Origin: Dehalococcoidia bacterium
GTDB lineage: Bacteria; Chloroflexota; Dehalococcoidia; Plut-88900
DNA length: 64,000 nt
Assembly: GCA_965197585.1 (NCBI GenBank)
Contig: OZ240215.1
Coordinates: forward strand, 1,088,001-1,152,000
Direction of reading: 5' to 3'
Within the stretch, counting starts at the first letter, position 1; each line of letters opens with the position of its first letter. Positions 1 to 9,006 of this stretch are shown one piece after another. Position numbers and translations under genes: made by a program. Below the pieces are notes generated by a model. That model searched no databases. It was given only the letters and a program-made list of their open reading frames with translations, and was not told where the DNA came from.

Positions 1-2
1 AC

Positions 3-1091
3 GGCGAGCCTAATTCGCCCCACTTCCGCAAGAACGCCTTTGACGCCGGAGAGTACGGCATCGGCAACCTGGCCAACTCCCTTACCCTGGGGTGTGACTG
101 CTTGGGCGAGATTCGCTATTTCGACGCCGTGACAAATGACACCCAGGGCGGCGTAATGGAAATACCCAACGCCATCTGCATGCACGAAGAGGACTTCGGG
201 ATACTCTGGAAGCACGTCGACTGGCGGACCGGAGAGACCGAGGTGCGGCGCTCCCGCCGATTGGTCGTCTCGTTCATCTCCACGGTTGGAAACTATGAAT
301 ACGGGTTCTTCTGGTACTTCTACCAGGACGGGACGATCCAGTACGAGGTCAAACTTACCGGCGTATTGAATAACGCCGCCGTTCCCCCGGGCCACGTGCC
401 CGAGCACGGGACTTTGATTGCACCTCAACTCGCGGCCCACATCCATCAACACTTTTTCAACGTCAGGATGGACATGGCGGTGGATGGGCAGAAGAACTCA
501 GTCTACGAGGTCAACAGCTACGCCTGCCCCGCTGACGAAAACAACCCCCACCACAACGCCTTCTATGCAGAGAAAACTCAGCTGAAGACCGAGTCCGAAG
601 CCCAGCGCAACATCGACCCATACTCGGCCAGGTATTGGCTTATAACCAGCGAATCGGAGACTAACTACCTTGGGCAGAAGACCTCCTACAAGCTGATACC
701 GGGAGAGAATGTGTTGCCCTTTGCCCACGACGACGCCTCGGTCATCAAAAGAGCGGGGTTCATGACCAAACACCTCTGGGTCACGCCCTACGACCCCGCG
801 GAAATGGACGCCGCAGGCGACTACCCCAATCAGCATCCGGGTGGGGCCGGACTTCCGGCTTACACGAAGGCCAACCGGAGCCTCGACAACACCGATCTCG
901 TAGTCTGGTATACCTTCGGACATCACCACGTCCCCCGCCCCGAAGACTGGCCTGTCATGCCGGTGATGTACACCGGGTTCAGCCTGAAACCCGTCAGCTT
1001 CTTCGACCGCAACCCCGCCCTGGACGTGCCCCCCTCCAGCCACGGGAACGGTCATCACTGCAGCGGCCACAATGGCTCGTGCCACGTGTGA
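3..1091 (+). CDS. tynA: Copper-containing primary amine oxidase, 5'-truncated by window edge
   Basis: Frame open from position 3 (FRKNAFDAGEYGIG..LGCDC). Has the TVGNYEY TPQ consensus, the HQH copper ligands and HHVPRPEDWPVMP. Confidence 0.92.
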   Translation, partial: GEPNSPHFRKNAFDAGEYGIGNLANSLTLGCDCLGEIRYFDAVTNDTQGGVMEIPNAICMHEEDFGILWKHVDWRTGETEVRRSRRLVVSFISTVGNYEYGFFWYFYQDGTIQYEVKLTGVLNNAAVPPGHVPEHGTLIAPQLAAHIHQHFFNVRMDMAVDGQKNSVYEVNSYACPADENNPHHNAFYAEKTQLKTESEAQRNIDPYSARYWLITSESETNYLGQKTSYKLIPGENVLPFAHDDASVIKRAGFMTKHLWVTPYDPAEMDAAGDYPNQHPGGAGLPAYTKANRSLDNTDLVVWYTFGHHHVPRPEDWPVMPVMYTGFSLKPVSFFDRNPALDVPPSSHGNGHHCSGHNGSCHV

Positions 1092-1094
1092 CCC

Positions 1095-3437
1095 GTGGAT
1101 GGTTTAAGCACAACCGAAATCGGAGCGGGGGACCTGAAGGCCGTACTGCCCGACCTGACCGGGACGCTCAACCTTGCCGGGCTGGATGGTACGGTCACCG
1201 TCTACCGAGACCGGTCGGGCATACCCCACGTCCAGGCTTCCTCTCTGCAGGACGCGTTCTTTGCACAAGGATTCGTAACGGCTCAGGACCGGCTTTGGCA
1301 CATGGACTGGGATCGGCGCCGGGCCTTGGGCAGATGGGCCGAAATAGCAGGGCCCGCTGGCGTTGAGCAGGACAAGCTGATGCGGAGGTTTCGGCTCGGG
1401 GCAAGTGCAAAAGCCGACTTCGAAGTCGTGAGCCCGGATACCGGGGCCATGCTCGAAAGCTATGCCAGGGGCGTCAACGCATTCATTCAGACCGCCTCCG
1501 AGTTGCCCATCGAATACCGGATCATAGGCTCGGGCCCCGAGCCCTGGGAACCCTGGCACTCGATGGCCGTTTTCAAGGTGCGCCACATCCTGATGGGCTC
1601 CTTTGAGCGGAAGCTGTGGAACGCGCGGATGGTCGGACGGCTCGGCTACCAGAAGGCACAGGAAGCGATGCCCGAGTCCCGGCCCGGCGAGCTGCTTATC
1701 GTGCCGCCGGGAGGCGAATACTCAGGCCCGACGGATAAGTCGCTGCCTGACTTCCTTGAAGGCGCGGAGTGGCCTGGACTCCCTACAAGGGAAGAGGGTG
1801 GAAGCAATAACTGGGCGGTGCATGGGAGCCGGACTGCCTCCGGCGCACCTCTCCTCGCAGGAGACCCACATCGGGGGCTTGATGCGCCCAGCGTTTACTA
1901 CCAGAACCACATAGCGTGTGACGAGTTTGATGTTGTAGGGCTCTCATTCCCCGGCGTGCCGGGGTTTCCGCACTTTGGACACAACGCTCACGTAGCCTGG
2001 TGCGTAACCCACGCCATGGCCGACTACCAGGACCTCTTCATCGAGCGATTCAAGGACGACGACTCCCGATTCTATGAATTCAAGGGTGAGTGGGCACCTG
2101 CCGAGGTCTCGACCGAAGTCATACAAGTGGCAGATGGGCCTTCGGAGGAATTCGAAATCATCTCCACCCGACACGGTTCTATCGTGGCAGGAGACCCGGC
2201 CAAAGGGACAGCCTTAGCTCTCAGGTATACCGCGACCGTCGAACCCATCAAGGCCTTCGACTCGATAAGTCAGATGCTCACTGCCACGTCGGTTGACGAG
2301 ATGGACGAGTCGATGCGGGACTGGGTTGACCCAGCCAACAACTTCGTCTGCGTAGACGTGCAAGGCGACATAAAGTATCTGACCCGTGGCCGACTCCCGA
2401 TCAGGCCCAAGGCCAACGGATGGGTCCCGGTTCCCGGCTGGAGTGGAGACTATGAGTGGTCCGGCTACGTCCCATTCGAGGAAATGCCAAGGTCTCGGAA
2501 CCCCGAGACCGGTTTTATCGTCACTGCCAACAACCGCATCGCCGACGAGGACTATCCTTACTACATCGGCCTGGACTACGACGGCGAGCACCGAGCCAGG
2601 TGTATCTATCAAGCCCTCGAAACACTGGCCGCGGCTTCTGTGGAAGACATGGCCTCTGTGCACGCGCTGCGTACGTCGATACCGGCCCGGGAGTTGTGTG
2701 AGCTGCTGAACGATGTGGAGATGCGTACCGAAGCGGCCACAGAAGCAAAGCGCATGCTCCATTCATGGGATCGCCGGATGGACAGAGGCCGTCCGGAGCC
2801 AACTATCTTTAGCGCTTTCCACGATGCCCTCGCCGAGGCATATTCCTCGTCCATCCTCGGTCCCCTGGCTGAAGAAATGGCAGGTGAGACGGGACGGGGA
2901 GCGCCGTCCTGGTACGGGCGCACAAAGTCGAGTCTGCACGACCAGCTCAAGTCGCTATCCTCCTTCGGCGAGATGACTGAAGTTCACTCTCTTCTCGCCG
3001 GGGCCCTGGAAACAGCAGTGGCTAAGCTGAAGGCTTGGCTCGGTGGGGAGATGTCTGAGTGGACCTGGGGCCGAGTTCACAGAACGAGTCCCAGGCACGC
3101 CCTGTCCGCTGCCTTCCCCAATCTGGCCCAGGAACTCAATCCCCCGTCTGTGGGCACACACGGAGACGGTTTTACGCCCCTGGCAGGCTCCTACTCGGCT
3201 GCGGAGCCATACATACTAACGTCGGCTTCCATGGCCCGGTACGTGTTCGATGCGTCGAACTGGGAAAACTCACGCTGGGTCGTGCCCCTGGGAGCGTCCG
3301 GGCATCCGGGAAGCCCTCACTACTCCGACCAGTCCGAGACATGGGCCAACGTCGCCCTCCTACCCATGCTCTACGACTGGGAAGCGGTCTCCCTGCAGTC
3401 CGAGACCCATCAGTCCCTGTTGCCGGCGACCGAATAG
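1095..3437 (+). CDS. Penicillin acylase family (Ntn hydrolase, peptidase S45)
   Basis: VYRDRSGIPHV, AQDRLW, the GSNNW autoprocessing site, AGDPH, TANN and GASGHPGSPHYSDQ. Confidence 0.92.
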   Translation: MDGLSTTEIGAGDLKAVLPDLTGTLNLAGLDGTVTVYRDRSGIPHVQASSLQDAFFAQGFVTAQDRLWHMDWDRRRALGRWAEIAGPAGVEQDKLMRRFRLGASAKADFEVVSPDTGAMLESYARGVNAFIQTASELPIEYRIIGSGPEPWEPWHSMAVFKVRHILMGSFERKLWNARMVGRLGYQKAQEAMPESRPGELLIVPPGGEYSGPTDKSLPDFLEGAEWPGLPTREEGGSNNWAVHGSRTASGAPLLAGDPHRGLDAPSVYYQNHIACDEFDVVGLSFPGVPGFPHFGHNAHVAWCVTHAMADYQDLFIERFKDDDSRFYEFKGEWAPAEVSTEVIQVADGPSEEFEIISTRHGSIVAGDPAKGTALALRYTATVEPIKAFDSISQMLTATSVDEMDESMRDWVDPANNFVCVDVQGDIKYLTRGRLPIRPKANGWVPVPGWSGDYEWSGYVPFEEMPRSRNPETGFIVTANNRIADEDYPYYIGLDYDGEHRARCIYQALETLAAASVEDMASVHALRTSIPARELCELLNDVEMRTEAATEAKRMLHSWDRRMDRGRPEPTIFSAFHDALAEAYSSSILGPLAEEMAGETGRGAPSWYGRTKSSLHDQLKSLSSFGEMTEVHSLLAGALETAVAKLKAWLGGEMSEWTWGRVHRTSPRHALSAAFPNLAQELNPPSVGTHGDGFTPLAGSYSAAEPYILTSASMARYVFDASNWENSRWVVPLGASGHPGSPHYSDQSETWANVALLPMLYDWEAVSLQSETHQSLLPATE

Positions 3438-3694
3438 AAGACACGCCTCGCGGGCTCAGGCGATCCTTCCTCTGGCTATGTGCTCCAGTGCTTTGAAACC
3501 TGCAATAGGGGTGCTCAGACGGCCTTGGGACGCCTAAATTGAATTCCAAGCCCTAAAAGAGCCCCCATTGTCTATTGACCGCAGGGCAAGACCTATGAGA
3601 TGCTTTTAAGCGTGCTACGTGGGCCGTTGAGCGCGTCTGATATTAGAGCGTCAGAATGGCCCGCAACATTCTCATTCTAAGGTAGGGGAAACAA

Positions 3695-3838
3695 ATGCAA
3701 GGATATTGCGTAAAGTGTCGAGCCTCCCAGGAGATCAAAGACGCCGAGCAGATCACGATGAAGAATGGTCGGCCTGCCACCCGAGGCATCTGCCCGGTCT
3801 GCGGAACAAAGATGTTCCGCATCGGCAAGTCCAGTTAG
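3695..3838 (+). CDS. Small zinc-ribbon protein (DUF5679-like), 47 aa
   Basis: Not in ORF track. Translates as MQGYCVKCRASQEIKDAEQITMKNGRPATRGICPVCGTKMFRIGKSS, with two CxxC motifs, an upstream AGGGGA RBS and a downstream hairpin. Confidence 0.85.
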   Translation: MQGYCVKCRASQEIKDAEQITMKNGRPATRGICPVCGTKMFRIGKSS

Positions 3839-3849
3839 CTAACGTTTCA

Positions 3850-3884
3850 GCCTCGGGCCTTCCGGCGCATAGTTGGCCCGAGGC
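3850..3884. terminator. Hairpin between convergent genes
   Basis: GCCTCGGGCC...GGCCCGAGGC 10-bp inverted repeat. Confidence 0.55.
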
Positions 3885-3988
3885 AAAACCCGCTCCCGTA
3901 TAACACCATCAGGCCTGGCGGCCTGTTTTTGATAAAGCGGGAGCGATATCTTATATACCCGTCTTCCAGTCAACGATAGCGAGTGCTT

Positions 3989-5932
3989 TTAGCGTACGTT
4001 GATCGTTGTTGCCACTGGGAAGTGATCAGATACTTGACTCTGGGTGGATGAGTATCCCGTTGACTCCAGGTCAGGGCTCGTCCACACATAGTCGATGCGC
4101 TGGTGTGGCCCGTCCGACGGGGAAGTGAACCCCTTGCCTTGGGTCCCTGAGTCTACGAAGGAGTCCAGAAGCCCGGTTTCCTCCAGCAGGGTAATTTCCG
4201 GGTCTCCCGGCCTGCCGTTGAGGTCGCCCAGGAATACGGTTCGAGATAACCCGTCCCACCTTTCGAATATCGCCTCCGACTGAGGTATCCGGTGTTCACC
4301 CTCGTCCCGTCCCGCGTGGAAGTGCGTGGCGATAATCCGCAGCGGCTCCTCGTCCCCGATGTCTATTTCCACCCAGAGGAACCCTCTGTCCAGGGACAGG
4401 TCGTCGTTGTTGGGCATCTCGTGGTTTTCTGAAAGGACGATAGGATAACGGCTGAACACCGCGTTGCCCCATACGGAATCGGCGGCGGGCCCCCAGGCGT
4501 AGTCCATGTCGAGCCGCTGGGAGAGCCATGTCAGGATGTCGACGGACCCGTCTACCAGCCAGCCCCGAGACACCTCCTGGAGAGCAACAATGTCGGGATT
4601 CTCAGCCTCGATCACCCGCGCTATCTCCTCTAGCTCGAAGCCGCCTTCAGTGCCGAATCCCTGGTGGATGTTGTAGGCCATCACCCTGACGGGAAGGCCG
4701 TCCCCAGCCTCGACCTCCGGCTCGGCCCATGTAATGGTCAGGATTAAGGGAGACAGCATTAGCAGGGCCGCCACCCGTCCTGCCCATATGAAAGGCGCCC
4801 GGGGCCTTTCCACCGACTTCCCCCAGGTCCCCACCCAGACCGTTACGCCAATGAATACCGCCGCCCCGATAATGATCGCCCGTTGAGGCACGCCGACGCT
4901 AATGTCGTAGGTGGCGTAGTAGAGGAAAACTGCGCCGAGAAAGATCAGCATCCCCACACCCGAGAAGACCGTGACCGACGTAAACCTCCTGCCTTGTAGT
5001 TCGGGGCCATTCCGGGAAGCCAGGGACGCCATCAGCAATACCAGCATTAGGTGCCCGACAGGCATGACGGTCGCGGCAAGGGCCCCGGTCTGTTCCGCCA
5101 GCAAACCGACTATCAGCACGACGGTCGCGGCCGGAACTAGGGTGAGTGCCAAGGGTCGGCGCAAACCCATGACTATGGCTGCCAAGGCGAGGCCCACCAG
5201 ATTGGACGCCACGATCAACGCCAGGACCCCGGGCTGGTCCCACCCGATTAGCGCCGTCTGCTGCCCGATGTTCTGAAAATAGAGCATCTCCAGGAATAGG
5301 AACGGGCCGATTGCCAGAAGGAGCAGGGAGCCACGATTACTCGGCGGTAGCGCCTTCTGGCCTCGGCTGCGCATTGAGATGATCTTCGCCGATCCTGTCA
5401 GCCCTCCCGCAAGAATTACCGCAATAACGTCGGCGCCCACATTGTTCTGCCATGATAGATCGACAGTGCCGAAGCCACCCTTGATTGCCGTGTCCAAGGC
5501 CACTCCGACCAGGAGCCCCAGCAACCACGTTCCGCCATCTATCCTCTTGCCGTTCGATACGAGGGAAGCGCTGGCGGGGATCGCCCACAGAAACAGTACC
5601 GCACCCGCAATCGACAACGCGAAGTCTACGACGGCTACGTCTACGAACTGGATGATGATTCGAGCTGCCCATAGTCCTGCGGCGCTTAACTGCAGCACTC
5701 CCCCGGGGCCCATGACCCGAGCCAGGACAGGCGCCAGGAACACCATCAGGAAGCATACAAAAGCCACTCCCCCAACCCCGACTGTCGAGACTTCCCGAGC
5801 CTCGCGCAGGTAGAAAAGCAGGCTCGACATGAACAGCCGCAGCATCTCGATGCCAACGGCAAAGAGTAGGGTGATGAAGATGAAATGCCAGATGCTGGAT
5901 CGGGCGCCGGTGTTCTTTTCTCCGGTGGTCAT
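3989..5932 (-). CDS. Polytopic membrane protein fused to a C-terminal endonuclease/exonuclease/phosphatase (EEP) domain
   Basis: About 13 hydrophobic segments, then VMAYNIHQG, DIVALQEV, GDLN, RIDYV and SDH. Confidence 0.85.
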   Translation of the reverse strand: MTTGEKNTGARSSIWHFIFITLLFAVGIEMLRLFMSSLLFYLREAREVSTVGVGGVAFVCFLMVFLAPVLARVMGPGGVLQLSAAGLWAARIIIQFVDVAVVDFALSIAGAVLFLWAIPASASLVSNGKRIDGGTWLLGLLVGVALDTAIKGGFGTVDLSWQNNVGADVIAVILAGGLTGSAKIISMRSRGQKALPPSNRGSLLLLAIGPFLFLEMLYFQNIGQQTALIGWDQPGVLALIVASNLVGLALAAIVMGLRRPLALTLVPAATVVLIVGLLAEQTGALAATVMPVGHLMLVLLMASLASRNGPELQGRRFTSVTVFSGVGMLIFLGAVFLYYATYDISVGVPQRAIIIGAAVFIGVTVWVGTWGKSVERPRAPFIWAGRVAALLMLSPLILTITWAEPEVEAGDGLPVRVMAYNIHQGFGTEGGFELEEIARVIEAENPDIVALQEVSRGWLVDGSVDILTWLSQRLDMDYAWGPAADSVWGNAVFSRYPIVLSENHEMPNNDDLSLDRGFLWVEIDIGDEEPLRIIATHFHAGRDEGEHRIPQSEAIFERWDGLSRTVFLGDLNGRPGDPEITLLEETGLLDSFVDSGTQGKGFTSPSDGPHQRIDYVWTSPDLESTGYSSTQSQVSDHFPVATTINVR

Positions 5933-6312
5933 GGGTGAGCCTCCCCCATCAGCTGGTCCAGTCGTTCGTCGCTTATCCCGAAGAAGTGCCCGACCTCGTG
6001 GATTACCGTCTGTCTGACCTGCTCTTCTACTTCCTCGTCGGTCTCACAAATCGCTTCTATGGGCCTCTGGAAGATGAATATCCGGTCGGGTTGGACGCCC
6101 GTGTGGAAGACGCTGCGTTCCGTCAGAGGAATGCCGTCGTAGAGGCCGAGCAGCTCCAACGGATGGTCGAGCCCGACAGAATAGAGCTGCTCATCAGACG
6201 CGTAGTCTTTGACGACGCGTGCCACGTTGCCTTCGCCGAGGATCTCGGCAAACTCGGGCGGAAGGTCCGCCAGGGCCTTTTCAACCAACTCGTCAAACCG
6301 GCTATGCTCGAT
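5929..6312 (-). CDS. Zincin-like metallopeptidase (Zincin_1 family); start uncertain (ATC 6312 or ATG 6345)
   Basis: LLGLYDG, PDRIFIFQRPI, TVIHEVGHFFG (HExxH). Stop overlaps the start of the next gene. Confidence 0.85.
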   Translation of the reverse strand: MEHSRFDELVEKALADLPPEFAEILGEGNVARVVKDYASDEQLYSVGLDHPLELLGLYDGIPLTERSVFHTGVQPDRIFIFQRPIEAICETDEEVEEQVRQTVIHEVGHFFGISDERLDQLMGEAHP

Positions 6313-6691
6313 GATATCGCCTCCAGGGGTCGGGTCCGAGGCCATTATAAGCCGCGCCGACATGCAAAGCTCGGCATGAGTCGGGCTGTTGAGTGGTGGG
6401 GGCACTAGGCATTACACTGTATCGCCGACAGGCTACCTAACTAAGGAGAGCGACTACGACATTGTCGGCTTGACGGGGCTCTACGCGCACCAAATGTGGG
6501 CGCTCCCGGTTTTAAGTCGATTAAATCCGAACCACCGGCAAGATTGCCAGGTTAATGAACATCCAGCACAAGAAGTTTGCCGCCATAGTTTGCGCGATTC
6601 CAGCCACACCGTGCTCTATAGATGCAGCATATCCAAACTGGCCAACGTGCTGAACTTCCTGGCAGGCTAACCATGACCGCGGGAGAATTAC

Positions 6692-8392
6692 ATGACCATA
6701 GGCCACGAAATGATCGCCGACGTGCTCCAGGAAGCAGGCATAGAGTACGTTTTCGGCATACCCGGCGGAAGCACCGGCGCCATCTACGATTCTCTTTATA
6801 GCCGACCGGGTGTCAAGGCGATTCTCGCCCGGCACGAGCAGGGCGCTGCCATCATGGCCGACGCTTATGGCCGCGCCACGGGCCGACCCGCCGTGGTCAT
6901 GGGCCAGGGCCTCTTTATTGGCTCAAATGCATCCTTCGGCATCATGGAGGCCCAGCTAAGCAGCTCTCCCATGGTTGTCCTCACTGACACCTCGGACGGG
7001 GACATGGCCCAGCACCCTGCCAACCAGTCGGGGTCGGGCGAGTACGGCAGCATTGACCTGTTGGCCATCTTTCGCTCCATGTCCAAGTACACAACCCTTG
7101 CCACGACTCCCAAGGAGGCCGTAATAGGGCTTCAGCTGGCGATGAAGCATTCACTAAGCGGGAGGCCGGGGCCCGGGGTTGTGCTCATGCGCAGCCGAGC
7201 GCTTGTGGGAGAGGTGGACGTCGAGTCCCCACCCTTCATACACCCGACCCAGGGCTATCTGAACACCAAGCCCTCCGTAGCTCGCCCCGAGGACGTGGAG
7301 AGGACGGCATCCCTCCTCGCCGATTCCAAGTACCCGGTGATAGTCGCGGGCAACGGTGTCCACATGGCCAACGGTCATTCAGAGTTGCAGCGCCTCGCCG
7401 AGATGCTTGGCGCGGGTGTCGCCACCTCCTACAAGGGAAAGAGCACCCTCCCCGAGACCCATCCCCAGGCCCTCGGCATGGTGGGCCAGTACGGCCAGCA
7501 GGCCGCCAACACCGCGGTTGGTAGGGCTGACGTCGTGCTGGTGGTCGGGGCTAAGCTCTCCAGCCAGGAGACCGTCGGAGAGACACCGTCCCTTTTCAAC
7601 CCCAAGAGGCAGACTATCATCCAGATCGACGTTGAGGAACGTAACGCCGGCTGGTCCTTCCCAATTGATATTGGACTGATCGGGGACGCCAAAGAAGTAA
7701 TGGCCCAGCTCATTGAGGCCCTTGACGGCAGCGACAAAGACACCAGCGAGAGAGTCAAAGGCCTCGCCGCGCTGAAAAAGCATGCCTCCTACTACAACGA
7801 TCCTGAACTTTTCATGGACTCCTTTCCCGTTATGCCCCAACGCCTTGTTCGGCTGCTGCAGGAGACCCTGGACCCCTCGACAATTATCAGCTTGGACGCG
7901 GGCAACAACAGGGTCTGGATGTGTCACCACTTCCAGTCTCAGGGAGCCAAGACCATATACGCTCCCGGCGGTATGGCGGGGATGGGGTGGAGCCTGCCTG
8001 CGGCCCTCGCGCTCAAGCTCGTCCATCCCGACCGACCCGTAGTCGGGGTCACGGGGGACGGGGGCTTCATGATGTCCGTCCACGCACTTTCGACCGCCGT
8101 CCAGTACAATCTTCCCGTGGTCTACGTGGTGCTGAACGACTCCTCGTTGGGTATGGTGAGGCACCACCAGGGCGAAAAGAGCATCTCATCGGAGTTTGCA
8201 AAAACTGATCACGGGGCCATATGCCGCTCGATGGGTGGCTACGGCGTCCAGGTCAGCGATTCCAGGGAGGTGCCGGACGCGTTGAGAGAGGCTTTTGCCT
8301 CGGGAAAACCCGCCGTCGTGGACGTGCTCATCGACCGACGCCCCAACCCCGACGACTTCCGTGCCACCGCGCGGAGGTTGACGGATACATAG
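6692..8392 (+). CDS. Thiamine pyrophosphate-dependent enzyme (acetolactate synthase-like)
   Basis: VFGIPGG, RHEQGAAIMADAYGR, and the GDGGF..LND TPP-binding motif. Confidence 0.9.
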   Translation: MTIGHEMIADVLQEAGIEYVFGIPGGSTGAIYDSLYSRPGVKAILARHEQGAAIMADAYGRATGRPAVVMGQGLFIGSNASFGIMEAQLSSSPMVVLTDTSDGDMAQHPANQSGSGEYGSIDLLAIFRSMSKYTTLATTPKEAVIGLQLAMKHSLSGRPGPGVVLMRSRALVGEVDVESPPFIHPTQGYLNTKPSVARPEDVERTASLLADSKYPVIVAGNGVHMANGHSELQRLAEMLGAGVATSYKGKSTLPETHPQALGMVGQYGQQAANTAVGRADVVLVVGAKLSSQETVGETPSLFNPKRQTIIQIDVEERNAGWSFPIDIGLIGDAKEVMAQLIEALDGSDKDTSERVKGLAALKKHASYYNDPELFMDSFPVMPQRLVRLLQETLDPSTIISLDAGNNRVWMCHHFQSQGAKTIYAPGGMAGMGWSLPAALALKLVHPDRPVVGVTGDGGFMMSVHALSTAVQYNLPVVYVVLNDSSLGMVRHHQGEKSISSEFAKTDHGAICRSMGGYGVQVSDSREVPDALREAFASGKPAVVDVLIDRRPNPDDFRATARRLTDT

Positions 8393-8465
8393 AGTATCTA
8401 AGCCCACCATGCACCTAAAAGATTGAGGGTGTATTGTTTCAGAAAATATATGAGAGGTGGCAATC

Positions 8466-8768
8466 ATGGGAGACAACGGTAGCACAACCTACAAATACGG
8501 AGATGAAGAGTTTCAGATTGTCAGGATTGACAGACTTTCGTTACTTGTCAAAGACAAAGAAAACATCGTTACAATCAAGGTTGATAGAACTGAAAACTAT
8601 GACGTCCGCCGAGAGGACGGCTGGGGAGCCTGGCATACAAGCTTGGACGAAGCATTGCGGTACGCGTGTCGCCTTCTAGTGGGAGCTCGCAACCAGCTAT
8701 CCAAAGACCAGCGAGTTGGCGAAATCGACAAGTTATTCAATGAGGTTTTAAGCAAGGAGAGGCACTGA
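8466..8768 (+). CDS. Hypothetical protein (lower GC)
   Basis: GAGAGG RBS before ATG 8466. TGATG overlap with the next ORF. Confidence 0.65.
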   Translation: MGDNGSTTYKYGDEEFQIVRIDRLSLLVKDKENIVTIKVDRTENYDVRREDGWGAWHTSLDEALRYACRLLVGARNQLSKDQRVGEIDKLFNEVLSKERH

Positions 8769-8965
8769 TGCCTGAAGTCCCAACCTTAATCACGACTGAA
8801 GGGCCTCGCTTCATCACCATGGAAGAAGCCAAGGAACTCTTTGCAACTAAAGTTGATCTTGCCAACATGGAAACTCGAATTATCAAGTGGACGGCAGGCA
8901 TGATGATAGGTGGCATAGCAGTTGCAGCCGCTGTTGTGTCGGTATTGATCAAACTCCTAGACTAA
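8768..8965 (+). CDS. Small coiled-coil protein with C-terminal TM (DUF1640/CCDC90-like)
   Basis: ATKVDLANMETRIIKW followed by a hydrophobic helix. AAGGAG RBS. Confidence 0.65.
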   Translation: MPEVPTLITTEGPRFITMEEAKELFATKVDLANMETRIIKWTAGMMIGGIAVAAAVVSVLIKLLD

Positions 8966-9006
8966 CTGACGAGACACCCACTAACGCCCTACAAGTTGCA
9001 CAAATC

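Noticed and set aside
6406-6691. TPP riboswitch upstream of the TPP enzyme
   Set aside because: The CUGAGA and other conserved TPP aptamer elements were not found.
8887-9006. Extended start of the desaturase-like ORF
   Set aside because: Overlaps the upstream gene; the FAD-binding motif begins right after ATG 9007.
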